64,000 nt of DNA, from the NCBI GenBank assembly GCA_000934665.2, contig JYFJ02001710.1, forward strand, positions 1-64,000, given 5' to 3'. Shown piece after piece: positions 25,775-40,058 of this stretch. A model generated the notes under the pieces. The model worked only from the letters and a program-made list of their open reading frames with translations. It searched no databases and was not told the DNA's origin. Position 1 is the first letter of the stretch; each line of letters opens with the position of its first letter. This DNA is from Catajapyx aquilonaris (taxonomy: Eukaryota). The translations under genes and the position numbers were made by a program.

Positions 25775-26149
25775 GGAGCAATTTCCGATACAGTAGGCCT
25801 ACTTGATTACTTTATCACACTAATAAAGTACCGGTATGAATTAAACTAAACTCTATTTAACTGTGTATAACTTTCAATCCTCAAGTGCGAAATGCTATTC
25901 ATTATTTTAAAATCCTAGTGAATTATTAATAACCATATTTTTGTGTATTGCACGTAGCCTATATCATGTATTGTACAATGTGTAAAAGTACATTCTTGCA
26001 TGAAAAGGGATTGTAATTGTGATGTCCAGTGTACTTAAGTGTAAATTGCACGATTATCAAGACAAAAAATAACACGAATAAAAATACAAAATCACATTTT
26101 CATCATTAATACTTAAGTCCCACATTTCAAATTGACACAGGAATTGGGG

Positions 26150-26370
26150 AGGTGTGGTGGCCGAGCTTGCTGATCGAAAGGTCCCGGGTTCGATCCCGGC
26201 CCGGGATTTCCATTTCGGCTGCATCAGGAGGGTCTCTAACCTGCACCAAGGAGGTGTCTGGCAACCTAACCTCCTGGGGGACTGCACATGACCCAGTTTG
26301 AGACATTGCACTTCCACCTGTGTCCCCCTCCCCAAAAATCCTTATCCTTACCCAATCTCCCTGATTTTCG
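26150..26370 (+). mobile_element. tRNA-derived SINE fragment
   Basis: A-box-like GTGGCCGAG and B-box GGTTCGATCCC without a complete cloverleaf. Confidence 0.5.
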
Positions 26371-27358
26371 TGCACGGGAGTTTGAAGAAAATAAACAAAG
26401 AAAATTGAATATATGGTGGTGTTCCACCCCCCTAATAGAGCGTTGATCTCTCAATTTAAAAAAAATTAAATTTGACGCATTAATCAGTGTTAAGATTTTT
26501 AAGTATCATTAAATTTTTCAGCAACAGTAAAAGTGCTCAAATTTTAAAAGCTTCATGCTGTGCAATAAAATAAAATTTCATAAAATAAATTATTGCGCAA
26601 CCTTGTTTTCACAGTGCGCCAACACTAATATAGTACTGTATACTGCATCCTACACAAGAATAAGCACGATTTATGAAAAATAAAGCAATCGGCTTCTTGT
26701 AATTTATTTAAAATAATTGAGAATACAGGCTCATTCATTCATTACAAATGTAATATTTCAGCATGGAATTTTATGTAATCGCAAGAAAATTCATCCGCTC
26801 TATTGGCTCGGAAACTACTTTCTAAATACTTTAGTTACATTTACATGAGACGATGTTTCCTTATTTATTGAAAAAATCAGTTGAAAGTTGGGAAATAAAA
26901 CATGCGTACTGCCCACATACAGGATAGTACACTGTCCAAGTCCAGACGATGACAATGGAGGTGAAATTAAAATTGCTTATTCTACGAAATTCTACGAAAT
27001 TCTACGAAATTCTAGGAAATTCGTAGAAGCCCAATTAGAGGGATACAATAATGATGACAAGGAGGATTGTGGCCGTCACTGTCCTTCCAATCTGATTCTA
27101 AGACACTCGTAACTTGTTAAAAATTATTTCAACAAGGAGTATCACGATGTACTAGGACATATCTGCACCAGTGCAGTGAACCAAATCAAGATTTTCTCGT
27201 AACCAACACCTGTAATATTCTGAAAAGAGCATTGGCACAAAGCCACTATAAAAGCCCACTGCTGTGGAGGGCTAAGTATCAGTTTTCTTCCAACCATCTG
27301 TGAACAGTAATCAAATATCAAGAGAAGCTAGTCCACCTAGTCACCAACGTGTAACAAC

Positions 27359-27830
27359 ATGGATTCTAAGGTAGGTATCCGAAATGCATTGTGATGTACT
27401 GTACAGTACTTTGTACAAGTATTTTTCAGCTGTTAATATGGCAGTTTAATGTAAGCTATGGCATATACTGCAATAACAATTTTGTCCATTACATATGCAG
27501 GTATTATTCCTCCTTGTGGTGGGAGTGCTGGTCTGTGTGTATGCTGGTGGTCACACCCAGCACAAGTATGGTTTCGCCATCAAGGGCAAGTACGGGTCAT
27601 CCCAGGTGGAAGCTGGTGCAGATGACCACCACTATGGGTACTCAGTCAACAACCACCATAAGGATGGGGTCAGCTACATCAAGCAGAGTGGGGACAACAC
27701 TCACCACGGAGGATTCGAGGGAGGGTTCGGAGGTGGAGTGGGTGGGGGCTCTGAAGGTGCTGGAGGTGCTGGAGGTGCTGGAGGTGCTGGAGGGGTCGGG
27801 GGAGGGTTCGGATTCGGAGGAGTCTTTTAA
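27359..27830 (+). CDS. Secreted Gly/His-rich peptide, copy 7 (exons 27359-27370, 27501-27830)
   Basis: MDSK exon; VLFLLVVGVLVCVYA-GGHTQHKYGFAIKGKYGSSQ...HHYGYSV; TATA at 27247. Confidence 0.9.
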
Positions 27831-28219
27831 AATTATGTAAATATAAGTGTCATTCTCACAGAAACAAATAAAGGTGACATGTCCAACGAAATTATTGCTT
27901 GTCTGTTTAATTCTCACAGCCTAAATATCTACTCGTATGACATTCCTGTGAACGTGAACTGAACCTAATGTTCATTTGACTATGACGTCATAAGGACTGT
28001 TGAGAGTAGCCTACGTACTTGCGAGAGGTGCTGTCAATAATATTGACAGTAACTTTTGCTATTTGCAATTTTACAGGAGACCCAAGAGAAGATCACATTT
28101 TGTAAGGTAAAAAGATATCTCAATTGATGGAAACTACATCGCCATATTTGGTCCAAATTTTACCATTCTTCTACTGGTGGATGCATCGCACACTGAGCTA
28201 GCCAGTGAAGGACATAACT

Positions 28220-28456
28220 CAGTGGTTTCCAACCTGGGGGTCGCCGTCCGGGTCGCGGGGGGTCGCGAGCCTTTGTTCAACTTTTTTGTTTTGCTATGAC
28301 TGTGTAAATTGAACAATTTTTGAGGTCGTACAGGGTGTATGTTTTCTGGAAATGGGTCAGTTGTAGAAGGAGCCGGGGGGTGGGAGGGAGGGGGGGTCGC
28401 ACATTTATGGAAACATGTTTAGGGGGTCGCAGTTGGTAAAAGGTTGGAAACCACTG
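28220..28456. mobile_element. hAT (Charlie-like) MITE
   Basis: TIRs CAGTGGTTTCCAACCT / AGGTTGGAAACCACTG, 8-bp flanks ACATAACT / ACATGACT, internal GGGGGTCGC repeats. Confidence 0.8.
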
Positions 28457-28696
28457 ACATGACTCATATTCTTGAAAATGTGGACATACAATACTTCTAC
28501 TGGTGGAGGGCGAGATCTTACTCAGCTCTGATGGTGCATTTTGAATATTACAACATAACATTCAATCAACAAGTATGACAGTAATGACACATTGGATGAT
28601 TGATATGAGTCAAAAGGAGCAAATTATTAAAATCAAGCTTATTTCCTGGGGCTGTGTGTTTTGGGAATACAATCGCTATTTTTCGTGGCTGTCAAT

Positions 28697-30235
28697 TTAA
28701 GAGTCACATTCGGCTTTCCAGTCAGATGGAATGAAAGGATTAGATATGGTTACAAACTTATCCAATGGACAGAGCTCTTCGCAATTGGGTATTGTCAGTA
28801 TCTCAAAGTCCTCTTTAGAGTCAGTTGAAAGAAGGATCTGGAAATAACACAACACCTTGTGTAAGTGATATCGTTCCTGCACCTGCACTCTGATAATAAT
28901 ATTATAAATATTTTAATGGCTGTGTCCCATTCATGCACATACCTTCACAAAGTAGTTATCTGATATTTCATGCAGTTCAAATGATAGCACTGTACCGTAT
29001 GGTGGTTGAAACGGTTCTGTTGCATTTAATGTCCTGGCGATCATTCCTGCAATGTTACCATCACTTACACTGTTCAGGTACAATACCCGTGATGAAGGTG
29101 TCAATGTTCCGTTCTTAAAGCCAGTAAATGTATCTACAATACTCTTAAGCATGGGTCCTGTGAATAAAGTGGCCTTGGATGAGTACCAATGGCCATTTTA
29201 CTTATATACGAACCAATTCTGAGCCTCTTCAGTTCAAACGTGTATGTTTGAATTGTTTGAGCGAAAAGCATTACTTGGTCCATTTGTTTTGGAAAATATT
29301 TCTCAGTCCAAGTAGGCAAAGTCAAGTTATTCTCCTTCTGAAATGGACAGCATGTAGATACACTTGAACAACAACGTTCCTATGTGAATAATATTGTTAT
29401 CTCAACTGACCTCAACTTTCAAAGTGTCGTACAGCTCGTAAAAGTCTCCAATATTTTTGACACTTTTTCCTGAATTTGTCTCCAGATATTTCCACATTTC
29501 TGTGCACTGTTGGAGAAACTTGACCACTTCTGGAAGGCCAGCCACAATCATCAGCTGCGACAGCGCTTGAGGGCAATAAGCGCTTAAATTTAGCTACGAA
29601 ATTAGAGAATAATCATCAAATTCTGGTATTTCTATAGGTGAGAGACACGTCCTTACAGGATCATCTTCTGTAGGCACGGTGTGTATCGGGATAGGCTGCC
29701 ATGGCATACCTTTCAGCCAAACCTGTCTATTCTCAGCTGGGTACAGACCGGCTAGAAATCCTTCACCACTCATTAAAGTTCTAGCTAGATCTAGACTCTG
29801 AATATGAACGAAATCATCCTTGAAGTACTCGGGGATAAATCCGTCGTATTTTGAGCGAAAAAGTTGGCCACGTTCGTACATCCTCAGTTTTCCAGCCTGT
29901 TTAACATCGAGTACTGTACTATTCGATGTGTTGCCTTATAAATATTAATAAATGAGCGAAACACTTACGTTGGTCAGTTGAGCCCAACCTTCCGGCCAGA
30001 GGGAAGGGTCATTATAAGGGTCATTAGGGTAGGAAGTCAAAGGTGCTCGATCTCCATGTCTGAAAAACTTTTCAACACAACCCATCACTTTTATTTATCT
30101 AACTACGCGTCTGTTAGATGCATTATGAACATAAAGTCAAAATATACTTACGGCATATATTAACCTTAATGAGGCGTCATTGCAGCAGATATATGAAACA
30201 TATCCAGTGAATAATAAAAACTTCAGGAATTGCAT
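28697..30235 (-). CDS. Secreted histidine acid phosphatase (prostatic/venom acid phosphatase-like), copy A, 7 exons
   Basis: Signal peptide exon 30152-30235, FFRHGDRAP exon 29969-30067, WQPIPIHT, TLPTW, PPYGTVLSFEL, CPLDKF...DWKAEC stop; no TM tail; the HD motif reads SD. Confidence 0.9.
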
Positions 30236-30916
30236 TCTGTTCACTAGCTGTTCCGCTTGAGCACTGACAAGTCCCTGAAGATGAACGTGAACGATTGTGA
30301 TAATAAGCTGTTAAAAAATTATCTGATTTTTAATCTGTTCAGACTTCAGTGGTCACGCCTGTAATTGCCTTTCACCTTGTATCATCTATCATTCTCATAT
30401 CTATTGATACCAGAATATAGGCCTCAATATTGATTCACTTCATGTTGTGTAATAGTAAGTAGACATGAATATTGCATAGCAGATCCTAATATTGACACTA
30501 TGTAATTCCTAATTCCTGTGCCGAATAAAAGGCATGTAGCCTATATGCCTTGTAATTTGCACAATGTTTGTGTTCCAAGGACACATCGATCCGATCTTAC
30601 TCAGCAGGTGGTGCCTTCTGGATTTTTCCAACATATTCAATAGCAAACATGTTACACGGGGTAATTGATATCACACCAAATAGTATTTGTATTATTTCAA
30701 CAACGTGTATCACGACGTACTAGGTCAACTAAGACATATCCGCGCCACTGAGGCAAATCCATATTTTCCCGCTGGCCAACACCTGTAATATATTTTGCAA
30801 GGAGCATTAACACACACTATACTATAAAAGCCCACTGCTGTTGAGGCTGAGTATCAGTTTTCCTCCAACCACTTGTCGACTGAAGCTAGTCCACCTAGTC
30901 ACCAACGTGAATCACC

Positions 30917-31366
30917 ATGGATTCTAAGGTATCCGAAACTCACTGTGATGCATTGCACTTATATTATTGAGTTGTTAATAATATTATGGCAACAGAATGT
31001 AGGCTACCTCTAATTATACTGCAGTAACAACTTTTTTCATTACATATGCAGGTATTATTCCTCCTTGTGGTGGGAGTGCTGGTCTGTGTGTATGCTGGTG
31101 GTCACACACAGCACAAGTATGGTTTCGCCATCAAGGGCAAGTACGGGTCATCCCAGGTGGAGGCTGGTGCAGATGACCACAAGTGGGGTTTCTCGGTCAA
31201 CACCCACCACAAGGATGGGGTCAGCTACATCAAGCAGAGTGGGGACAACACTCACCACGGAGGATTCGGAGGTGGAGCTGGAGGGGCTGGAGGGGCTGGA
31301 GGGGCTGGAGGAGCTGGAAGGGCTGGAGGAGTGGGAGGGGGATTTGGCTTCGGAGGAGGGTTTTAA
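30917..31366 (+). CDS. Secreted Gly/His-rich peptide, copy 8 (exons 30917-30928, 31052-31366)
   Basis: MDSK exon, intact exon 2; TATA at 30823. Confidence 0.9.
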
Positions 31367-31483
31367 GTTGCACAGAAACAAATAAAGGAATATGTCTGAC
31401 ATACTTATTGTGTGCTTGTCTGTTAAATTCTTACAGCCTTTATAATATTATTTACAGTATATATTACGTTCCTATGAGAGGCA

Positions 31484-32327
<844 letters not shown>

Positions 32328-32328
32328 T

Positions 32329-32710
32329 AAGGTAAAGTGGGGGAAGTTGCACCCCTGTTTTGTAATAGATCACTTTAAATCATCTATCGCATCCCACCTG
32401 TTCCTTGTATATGAATGAAATTTTGCCTGCAGTTACTCCTGTCCATTACTAAGACACTGTTAGGAGGAGAATGGTTCATAACGAAGTGCTTCCAAGGCAG
32501 CAACAATCATGCGGAACAATGCATGAGGTGTGCACTTCCCCCGGCACCCGGGGTAAGTGCATCCCCCCCATCCAATTCCTGCATGCAATTATATTTCTGC
32601 TGCGATGGGGGCAGTGCGTCATAATCAAAATCAGAGCTAAAACATGCCATTTACAGAATGATGATATCTCAATTTGTTCAGGAGATACGAACTTCATTGC
32701 GTATAACTGC

Positions 32711-32744
<34 letters not shown>

Positions 32745-32990
32745 CCTCCCCATTTTGACATTTGCTGCTTTGGAACACAGAAGGCTCAGAGTAAGCTAGT
32801 GCCAGTAAGTGTAACATGTAAAGTAAATATTGCGTAAGTGTAAAATGTAACATTCACACAGAAAATGAACTCAATTATTATGTGGTACATCATGAGTGCA
32901 CTTACCCCAAGCAGCAGAGGTGCATTTGCCCCAGCCGTACATTTTCCGGGAGGAAGTGCATACCCNGAAGTGCATACCCCCCCGCCACAT
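32329..32990. mobile_element. Probable non-autonomous DNA element truncating the phosphatase pseudogene
   Basis: Begins abruptly (AAGGTAAAGTGGGGGAAGTTGCA) where phosphatase homology stops; repeated GTGCA(C/T)..CCCC motifs in both orientations; right boundary uncertain. Confidence 0.4.
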
Positions 32991-33482
32991 TCAATGATTA
33001 CCCACTTCCATCACTCATACTGTACATACATATAATACTGTTGAACGCCACCACAACTGTGTAGTAGGGACACTGGGTTAGTTTACACTCGCTTTGAAAA
33101 GTTGTCTTTTTCACGTCCCCACACCTTAGTGAAAACAGCTCTGTGTGGGTGGGTGTGCAGAAAGTGAATTTATCCCTCACTAGTATGAGAGTAGAAAATA
33201 TGGTTTATTATTATTTACAGATATAGCTTAGAACAGCAAATAGGTTTTGTATTATTTCAGCAGGGGGTATCACGACTAGGACATATCCGCACCAGTGAGC
33301 CAAATCCTGATTTTCTCGTAACCAACACCTGTAATTTCGCAAGGAGCATTAACACAGCACTACTAATCTACTATAAAAGCCCACTGCAGTGGATGTTGAG
33401 TATCAGTTTTCTTCCACCCACCTGTGATCAGTGATCAGACATCGACTGAAGCTAGTCCACCTAGTCACCAACGTGAATCACC

Positions 33483-33910
33483 ATGGATTCTAAGGTATCT
33501 GGAACTCACTGTGATGCTCTGCATGTATTTATTCAGTAGTTGTTAATAGAGCAGTATAATGTAACCTACTGCTATGTCATATACTGTAACAGCAATTTTT
33601 CATCATTATACACATGCAGGTATTATTCCTCCTTGTGGTGGGAGTGCTGGTCTGTGTGTATGCTGGTGGTCACACTCAGCACAAGTATGGTTTCGCCATC
33701 AAGGGCAAGTACGGGTCATCCCAGGTGGAGGCTGGTGCAGATGACCACAAGTGGGGTTTCTCAGTCAACAACCACCACAAGGATGGGGTCAGCTACATCA
33801 AGCAGAGTGGGGACAACACTCACCACGGAGGATTCGAGGGAGGGTTCGGAGGTGATGCTGGAGGAGCTGGAGGGGCTGGAGGGGCTGGAGGAATCGGGGG
33901 AGGGCTTTAA
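33483..33910 (+). CDS. Secreted Gly/His-rich peptide, copy 9 (exons 33483-33494, 33620-33910)
   Basis: MDSK exon, intact exon 2 ending GGGL; TATA at 33372. Confidence 0.88.
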
Positions 33911-34124
33911 AAACCTTCTAATTTAAGTGTAATTCGCACAGAAATCAATAAAGGTGACCTGTTCGTCATAAACATTGCATGTCTATTTAATTCACACAGC
34001 CTCTATATTTACAATAAGTTATATATTACGTTCCAGTGAAGGTGAACTGAACCAAATTCATGTGACTATGACCAGTATGACGTCACAATAACTTTTGAGA
34101 GTACTTGAGAGGAATGCTGGGAAT

Positions 34125-35601
34125 TTAAGCATCACATTCTGCTTTCCAGTCAGATGGAATGAAAGGATAAGATATGGTTACAAACTTATCCAATGGACAG
34201 AGCTCTTCGCAACCTGGTATTGTCAATATCTCAAAGTCCTCTTCTGCGTCAGTTGCAAGAAGGATCTGGAAAAACACGTTTGCGTAAGTGACATTGTCCC
34301 TGTATAGTAAGAGAAATTCATGCACGTACCTTCACAAAGTAGTGCTCCTCTATTTCATGGAGTTCAAATGATAGCACGGTACCATATGGTGGTTGAAACG
34401 GTTTCGTTGCATTTAAGGTGGCAGCGATCAATCCTGCAATATTAACATCGTGTACGCTGTTAAGGTACAATCGCCGTGACGATGGTACCAATGTTCCGTT
34501 CTTGAACGTAGTAAATGTGTCTACAATACTCTTAAGCATGGGTCCTGTGAATAAAGTCCCTCGCATCAGTGTCAATGGTGTTGTAGTAAATCTGAAGAAC
34601 TCATATACAAACCCATTCTGAGCCTCTTCAGTTCGAATGTGTACGTAAGCAAAATTCGTCCGAACATGAAAACATCTTCCATTGGCTTTGGAAAACATTT
34701 TTCAGTCCAAGTAGGCAACGTCAAGTTACTCTCTTTCTGAAATGGACAGTATATAGACACATGATGTTAAATCAAGTTCTCTCAACTGACCTCAATCTTC
34801 AAAGTGTCGTACAACTCGGAAAAGTCGATAATATTTTTTAAGCGTTTTCCTGATTTAGTTTCCAAATATTTCCACATTTCTGAGTATTGTTGGAGATACT
34901 TGACCACTTCCGGAAGGCCAAACACACGCCTCAGTTCCGCAAATGCTCGTCGGCAATTAGATCCTTGATATACCTATATAAAATAAGAAAATAATTCTCA
35001 ATTTATATTTCCACGAATTATAAACATGTGTCTTACTGGATCCTCTGCTTTAGGCAATGTGTGTATAGGGATTGGCTGCCATGGCATACCCTTCAGCCAT
35101 ACTTGTCTATTATCAGCAGGGTATAGACCGGCCAGAAATCCTTCACCACTCATTAAGGTTCTGGCTATATCTGTACTCTGCACATGAAGGAAATCATCTC
35201 TGAAGTACTCAGGGATGAATTTTTCGTATTTTGAGCGAAAAACTTGGCCACGTTCGTACAACCTCAGTTTCCCAGCCTGTTTTGCATTCAATGTATTAAA
35301 CCAAAGGAAATAAACAATGAATAAATTAGTAATAAACTTACATTGGTCAGTTCACCCCAACCCTCAGGCCAGATGGAAGGGTCATTGTAGGGGTCATTAG
35401 GGTAGGATGCAAACGGCGTCCTCTCTCCGTGTCTGAAAAACTTATCAGGACATCAATACGTCATAACTCTAAGTAAGTGAACGAGCGTCTTGAATAAATA
35501 TGTCAAAATATACTTACGGCATATATTAACCTTAATGAAGAATTATTGCAGCAGACAAACGATATATATCCTGTGAATAATAATAATCGCAAGAATTGCA
35601 T
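34125..35601 (-). CDS. Secreted histidine acid phosphatase, copy B, 7 exons
   Basis: Signal exon 35518-35601, RHGERTP, WQPIPIHT, intact SVHDVNI motif, CPLDKF...DWKAECDA stop; same intron positions as copy A. Confidence 0.92.
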
Positions 35602-36569
35602 TTTGTTCAGTATCCGTTTAAGCACTGGGATGACAATCAATGTGAAAATGACTGCGATAAGATGTTGGTACAATTTATCAAATGTGTAATCTTATGACGT
35701 ATAGATGCTGTGAGTGACTCATAGGTGAAGAAGTTCAAAAAGACACTGAATGGAAGATATAAAACTATTGTAAAAAAACGCCTATAATTTTTAAATTATA
35801 TAAGCCCTATAATGTTTGGGATCGTTTGAAACCACCATATAATATTGATTAATTCTGTTATGTAACAGCATCTATATGAATATTGCAGAAAATTGGCACT
35901 GTATTGCCTCTATGTCGCGTAGGAGTAGCGCACATGCTTTGTAATTTGCACGACAATTTGAGTTTCTTGACAACAGGCGTGTGCTACCTTTTGAATGTTT
36001 CCGTTATACATTTCACTAATTTGAAAAGAAGGTTAGAGTGTTTGTACTTGCTCTGTACTTAGGCATCCTACACCAGCCTACTTATTACTCTCAATGCACT
36101 AAGTAGATTTAATACGCAATTGTTGCCATGACTTCCTTATAAAATTCCGATATTATGTAAAGGTGACCTTGACACCTTGTAGTCTTACAACTTTACATTA
36201 GCCCTCCGCGTTACGATATTATCAGTCAGGTTCTCCGCGACAAATTACAAGGCAAAACAGCACATAATTGCTAATTAATATTTCACACAGAAATGTATGC
36301 TCCATTCGTAATATCACAAGGCAGAAGGCACTCTTACCACCTATGCCAATTTATAATCATGAATTAGTCAGGATGACAACATTATCTCTAACAAGCAATA
36401 TTACTTAACCTGCTCACAAACTTCTGGATATCTGCAGTGCTACAAACTACTACAAGTAACTCAGTTCGGATCCCCAGAAACTGTAGAAAGCAGCAAGTAG
36501 TGCACTCAAGTCACTATAAAAATGACGCAAACAATTCACCTTGACACGGGCTGACACCTTCCAACAAAA

Positions 36570-38549
36570 ATGAACCGTATTTGGTTTTTAGTGATTCTGA
36601 TAGGAGAGTTGCAAGACATAGAAATGAGATCTAATTGGACCTTCTATGGTGTGGAAGATGGAGAAGAACTTCTGAGAGAGTTCGTGGAACATCTTGTGCA
36701 ATCCTCTGAATACAAGGAATGCTCTCTTGTGCTGTCCACGGATTCACGGATCAGCAGAAGCGTCGAAAAGTTATTAATGACAGAAGAGCAAACGTATCGC
36801 CAGATATATCTTGTTCATATGAACACATTTGAAATTTCGTTCAAAAATTATCAATCAGTGCTCAGGCAGGAACAACTGTTTGATTTCCGCACAATGCCTC
36901 CTGAGCTGAAATGCAGGCGATGGGCTGGTGGACCCTGTACTTTTCATCTCTTCATTGCATCCAACCCGAAGATTCTCTCCAAACTTTTCGTCCACGCAGT
37001 GTCCGTTGTCCGCGTGCATAACTTGAAGCACACCTTTCTGTTTCACATGCAGAGTGGAAATCCTGACAAAGTCCTAATCGGGAAACCATTCAGTGGTATT
37101 CGACTTAAGTTGGCTTCATCTATGATATCAGAAGGTCTTCGCTTGTCCAGTGTTTGCCTCTACTGCAACGAAGGAGAGGATATCAACATAGACATGGGTG
37201 TCTTTGACGGACATGACAACAAGATGGCAGAAGATCTGTACCCTGACTGGGCAGACAACATGCATCACCACGTAATAAATATGGTGTATTTCTATTCTCT
37301 AGACATGGGTGAGGTTAGAAAAAAGCAGGCAAAATTAGGTTCAGACGCATTAGATTTTCACGAGAGGGTTTCATTACACACTGAAAAGATGGGTAATTGC
37401 ACCTTAAATGTTTATGCTCTTGAAATCTCAGATGAAAATAGTGTTGACAAGAGATTTGACAATGGTAGCTGGGCTGGGTTTGTTGGAGATATTCTCAAAG
37501 GCAAAGCGGATATTTCGTTTTTTGGATTGCTAACTGAGCATCACAACAGGTATGTGACGCTGACCTATCCGACAATGTTTGCCAACTTTATGTTTGTCAC
37601 AGGGATCCCTCAAACCAAGCCTCAAACGGTCATTAGCTGGGAAGTGATATTCGAGCCATTCACAGATGGAGCTTGGAGTTTCATTTTGGGCATGCTGATT
37701 CTATCATCTATAACAATCTATTACATTCACAAGAAGCAAGCACATTTTGATCACACATCACAGCATGTGTCTGTAATCAAATGTCTGAACTTCACTTTCC
37801 GCCTTTTGATCGGACAACCAATTGAAATATCTGATTTTGCACCTCATTACTCATTTTCGTCTTTTTTGGCCATGTTTTGCGTGATAGTAGCCACTGCTTA
37901 CACAAGCAAAATAGTTGCTTTTCTAACCTATCCAGGCAAAGAATTCGTACCGACCACGTTCGACGAACTGGTCAACTCAGATTGGAATTGGGGCATGCCC
38001 GTGGAAGAACTTATAGCTCTGAAAATATTTGTTCCCAATTCTCAGAACCCTATACACAAAGCGATTGTAGAACAGGCTCTCATGATGCAAGACATAGTAA
38101 CATGCATAGAGAGTGTTACTGTAATACGCAAATTAGCCTGCATAGCTCTCGATATCAGAGTTTACATAGAAAGTGCCAGATTCTTAGATTCAAGTGGAAA
38201 TTCTATGATACTTAAATCTAAGGATAACATTGCTAGCAGGTACTCCAGTGTTCTCATTAGCGCTGGAGAACCTTATGCTATGAATGCAGAGAGAATAATG
38301 TCAGTCTTGGAGTTTTCACTAACGGACAAATGGCTTGCAGACAATGCGTTTATTAATTTTGTGTCACACGCGCTGCGTCACAGAGAAAAATTCATGAAAG
38401 AGACAGTCTGTGAAGATGTTCTGACTGTGGCCAAACTGTCTGCTATATTTTACATGTGGGCCATTGGGTTAGGGGCAGCTGTTCTTATATTTGCTTGGGA
38501 AATGTTTCCTCGCATCAAGATCCCACATTTGTTACGCACTCGTAAATGA
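36570..38549 (+). CDS. Divergent ionotropic receptor, intronless, copy B
   Basis: 659-aa ORF paralogous to copy A (DFRTMPP, NGSWAG, EPFT, TAYTSKIVAFLTYP, PTTFDEL, M4). Confidence 0.88.
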   Translation: MNRIWFLVILIGELQDIEMRSNWTFYGVEDGEELLREFVEHLVQSSEYKECSLVLSTDSRISRSVEKLLMTEEQTYRQIYLVHMNTFEISFKNYQSVLRQEQLFDFRTMPPELKCRRWAGGPCTFHLFIASNPKILSKLFVHAVSVVRVHNLKHTFLFHMQSGNPDKVLIGKPFSGIRLKLASSMISEGLRLSSVCLYCNEGEDINIDMGVFDGHDNKMAEDLYPDWADNMHHHVINMVYFYSLDMGEVRKKQAKLGSDALDFHERVSLHTEKMGNCTLNVYALEISDENSVDKRFDNGSWAGFVGDILKGKADISFFGLLTEHHNRYVTLTYPTMFANFMFVTGIPQTKPQTVISWEVIFEPFTDGAWSFILGMLILSSITIYYIHKKQAHFDHTSQHVSVIKCLNFTFRLLIGQPIEISDFAPHYSFSSFLAMFCVIVATAYTSKIVAFLTYPGKEFVPTTFDELVNSDWNWGMPVEELIALKIFVPNSQNPIHKAIVEQALMMQDIVTCIESVTVIRKLACIALDIRVYIESARFLDSSGNSMILKSKDNIASRYSSVLISAGEPYAMNAERIMSVLEFSLTDKWLADNAFINFVSHALRHREKFMKETVCEDVLTVAKLSAIFYMWAIGLGAAVLIFAWEMFPRIKIPHLLRTRK

Positions 38550-39069
38550 TCTTCACATACTTATTGTTGTTCTTCATGACTCAGCACTTGTCCAATATTA
38601 ATTACTGTTGTCGTCGTCGTTGCAGTCGTCTTGTTGTTGTTCTTGTTTCAAAGTATTAATCGTGTTGTGAGCATGTTCATATTGAAGAATATTAATTATG
38701 ATGAAAATGTATGTAATATTTACAGAGCTGAGGGTATAGTTAATCACTCATAACGTCAGGGCTAAAGAGCTTATATGTGCAATTATAAGCTCTTTGGTCA
38801 GGGCTGTCAGCCCCACAATATAATGTAACAGACTGTGCTAACCAAAGAAAAGAAACGCTGTATTGCGCCCAATCACTTCTCTTACGATAACATTGCACAA
38901 AATATTGTTCAACCTGCACGGCGATAAAAATTATTGCGGCACACCTGTAGTATAAAATAACCCCAGGTATTGGTGAGGTTATCATCAGTTGCCTTGCAGC
39001 TACCACTTCAGGAAGGTGCCATATTTCCCATAGCCAAGTTCGAACTTTTGGAAATCAAACACAATCGCC

Positions 39070-39498
39070 ATGGACATAAAGGTAAGGTAACCATGCATTC
39101 AGAGACCATATGTTTTATTATTTTCAAAAATTTCAATACTCAACTCTTATAGGTGAACCAATATGGAACAAATTCACATAATGTTTGCTGACAATTTTCC
39201 TGTACAGGTCATCCTGCTGCTGTTGTCTGGCGTCATTGCCTTGGCTAATGCTGGTGGTCACACCCAACATAAGTATGGTTTCGCCATCAAGGGCAAGTAC
39301 GGGTCATCCCAGGTAGAAGCTGGTGCAGATGACCACCACTATGGGTACTCAGTCAACAACCACCACAAGGATGGGGTCAGCTACATCAAGCAGAGTGGGG
39401 ACAATTCACACCACGGAGGATTCGGAAGTGGGGGTGCTGGAGGAGCTGGAGGCGCTGGTGGAGTGGGAGGGGGGTTCGGATTTGGAGGAGGGTTTTAG
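39070..39498 (+). CDS. Secreted Gly/His-rich peptide, copy 10 (exons 39070-39081, 39208-39498)
   Basis: MDIK exon; VILLLLSGVIALANA-GGHTQHK...; TATA at 38951. Confidence 0.9.
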
Positions 39499-40058
39499 AA
39501 GGTGTTGCCATCAAATATGTAACAAATCGCTAATATCAGCTTATGTTATGATTGCGAAATAAAGATTTCTGTTAGACCTACATTTTGTGTAACTTTTACT
39601 GGTCTGAGAGTGATGCAAGACAGTGCATATCGCGTTACTGCTTCACCGCTTATGTGGGAAATAAGTAGCCTATAGCTACATGGCTTATTGGGGCATATAA
39701 TCTACATCTACCCATTTGATACTAAACTTACTGAGGTGTAGGCTATATTAGATATACATTGAATGTAATGAGTCCACCACACTCAAGAGTACCCTATTAC
39801 AAGTTAATTAATGAAAATTTTGACCCACTGTTGAGAAAAGGCCATTGTCTGAGACTCTGAGTAAGTCTGTCGTACTGGCACCTACACTGTAGCCAAGCTA
39901 ATATATATACCGTAGCTCTGTTACTATGGAAGTAATAAGGTATTTTACTTCAGTTGCGATACCTGCGATCTTACCAGGTGAATGCCTTTGCAATGGCACA
40001 GACACAATACAATGCATTGTACAGTGAACTTTCATTACCCATTTACTCCTAAATTTAA

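Noticed and set aside
26981..27020. Four copies of TCTACGAAAT
   Set aside because: Short simple tandem repeat with no further structure.
32950..32980. Short duplicated GAAGTGCATACCC around an N
   Set aside because: Contains an ambiguous base and is probably an assembly join artefact.
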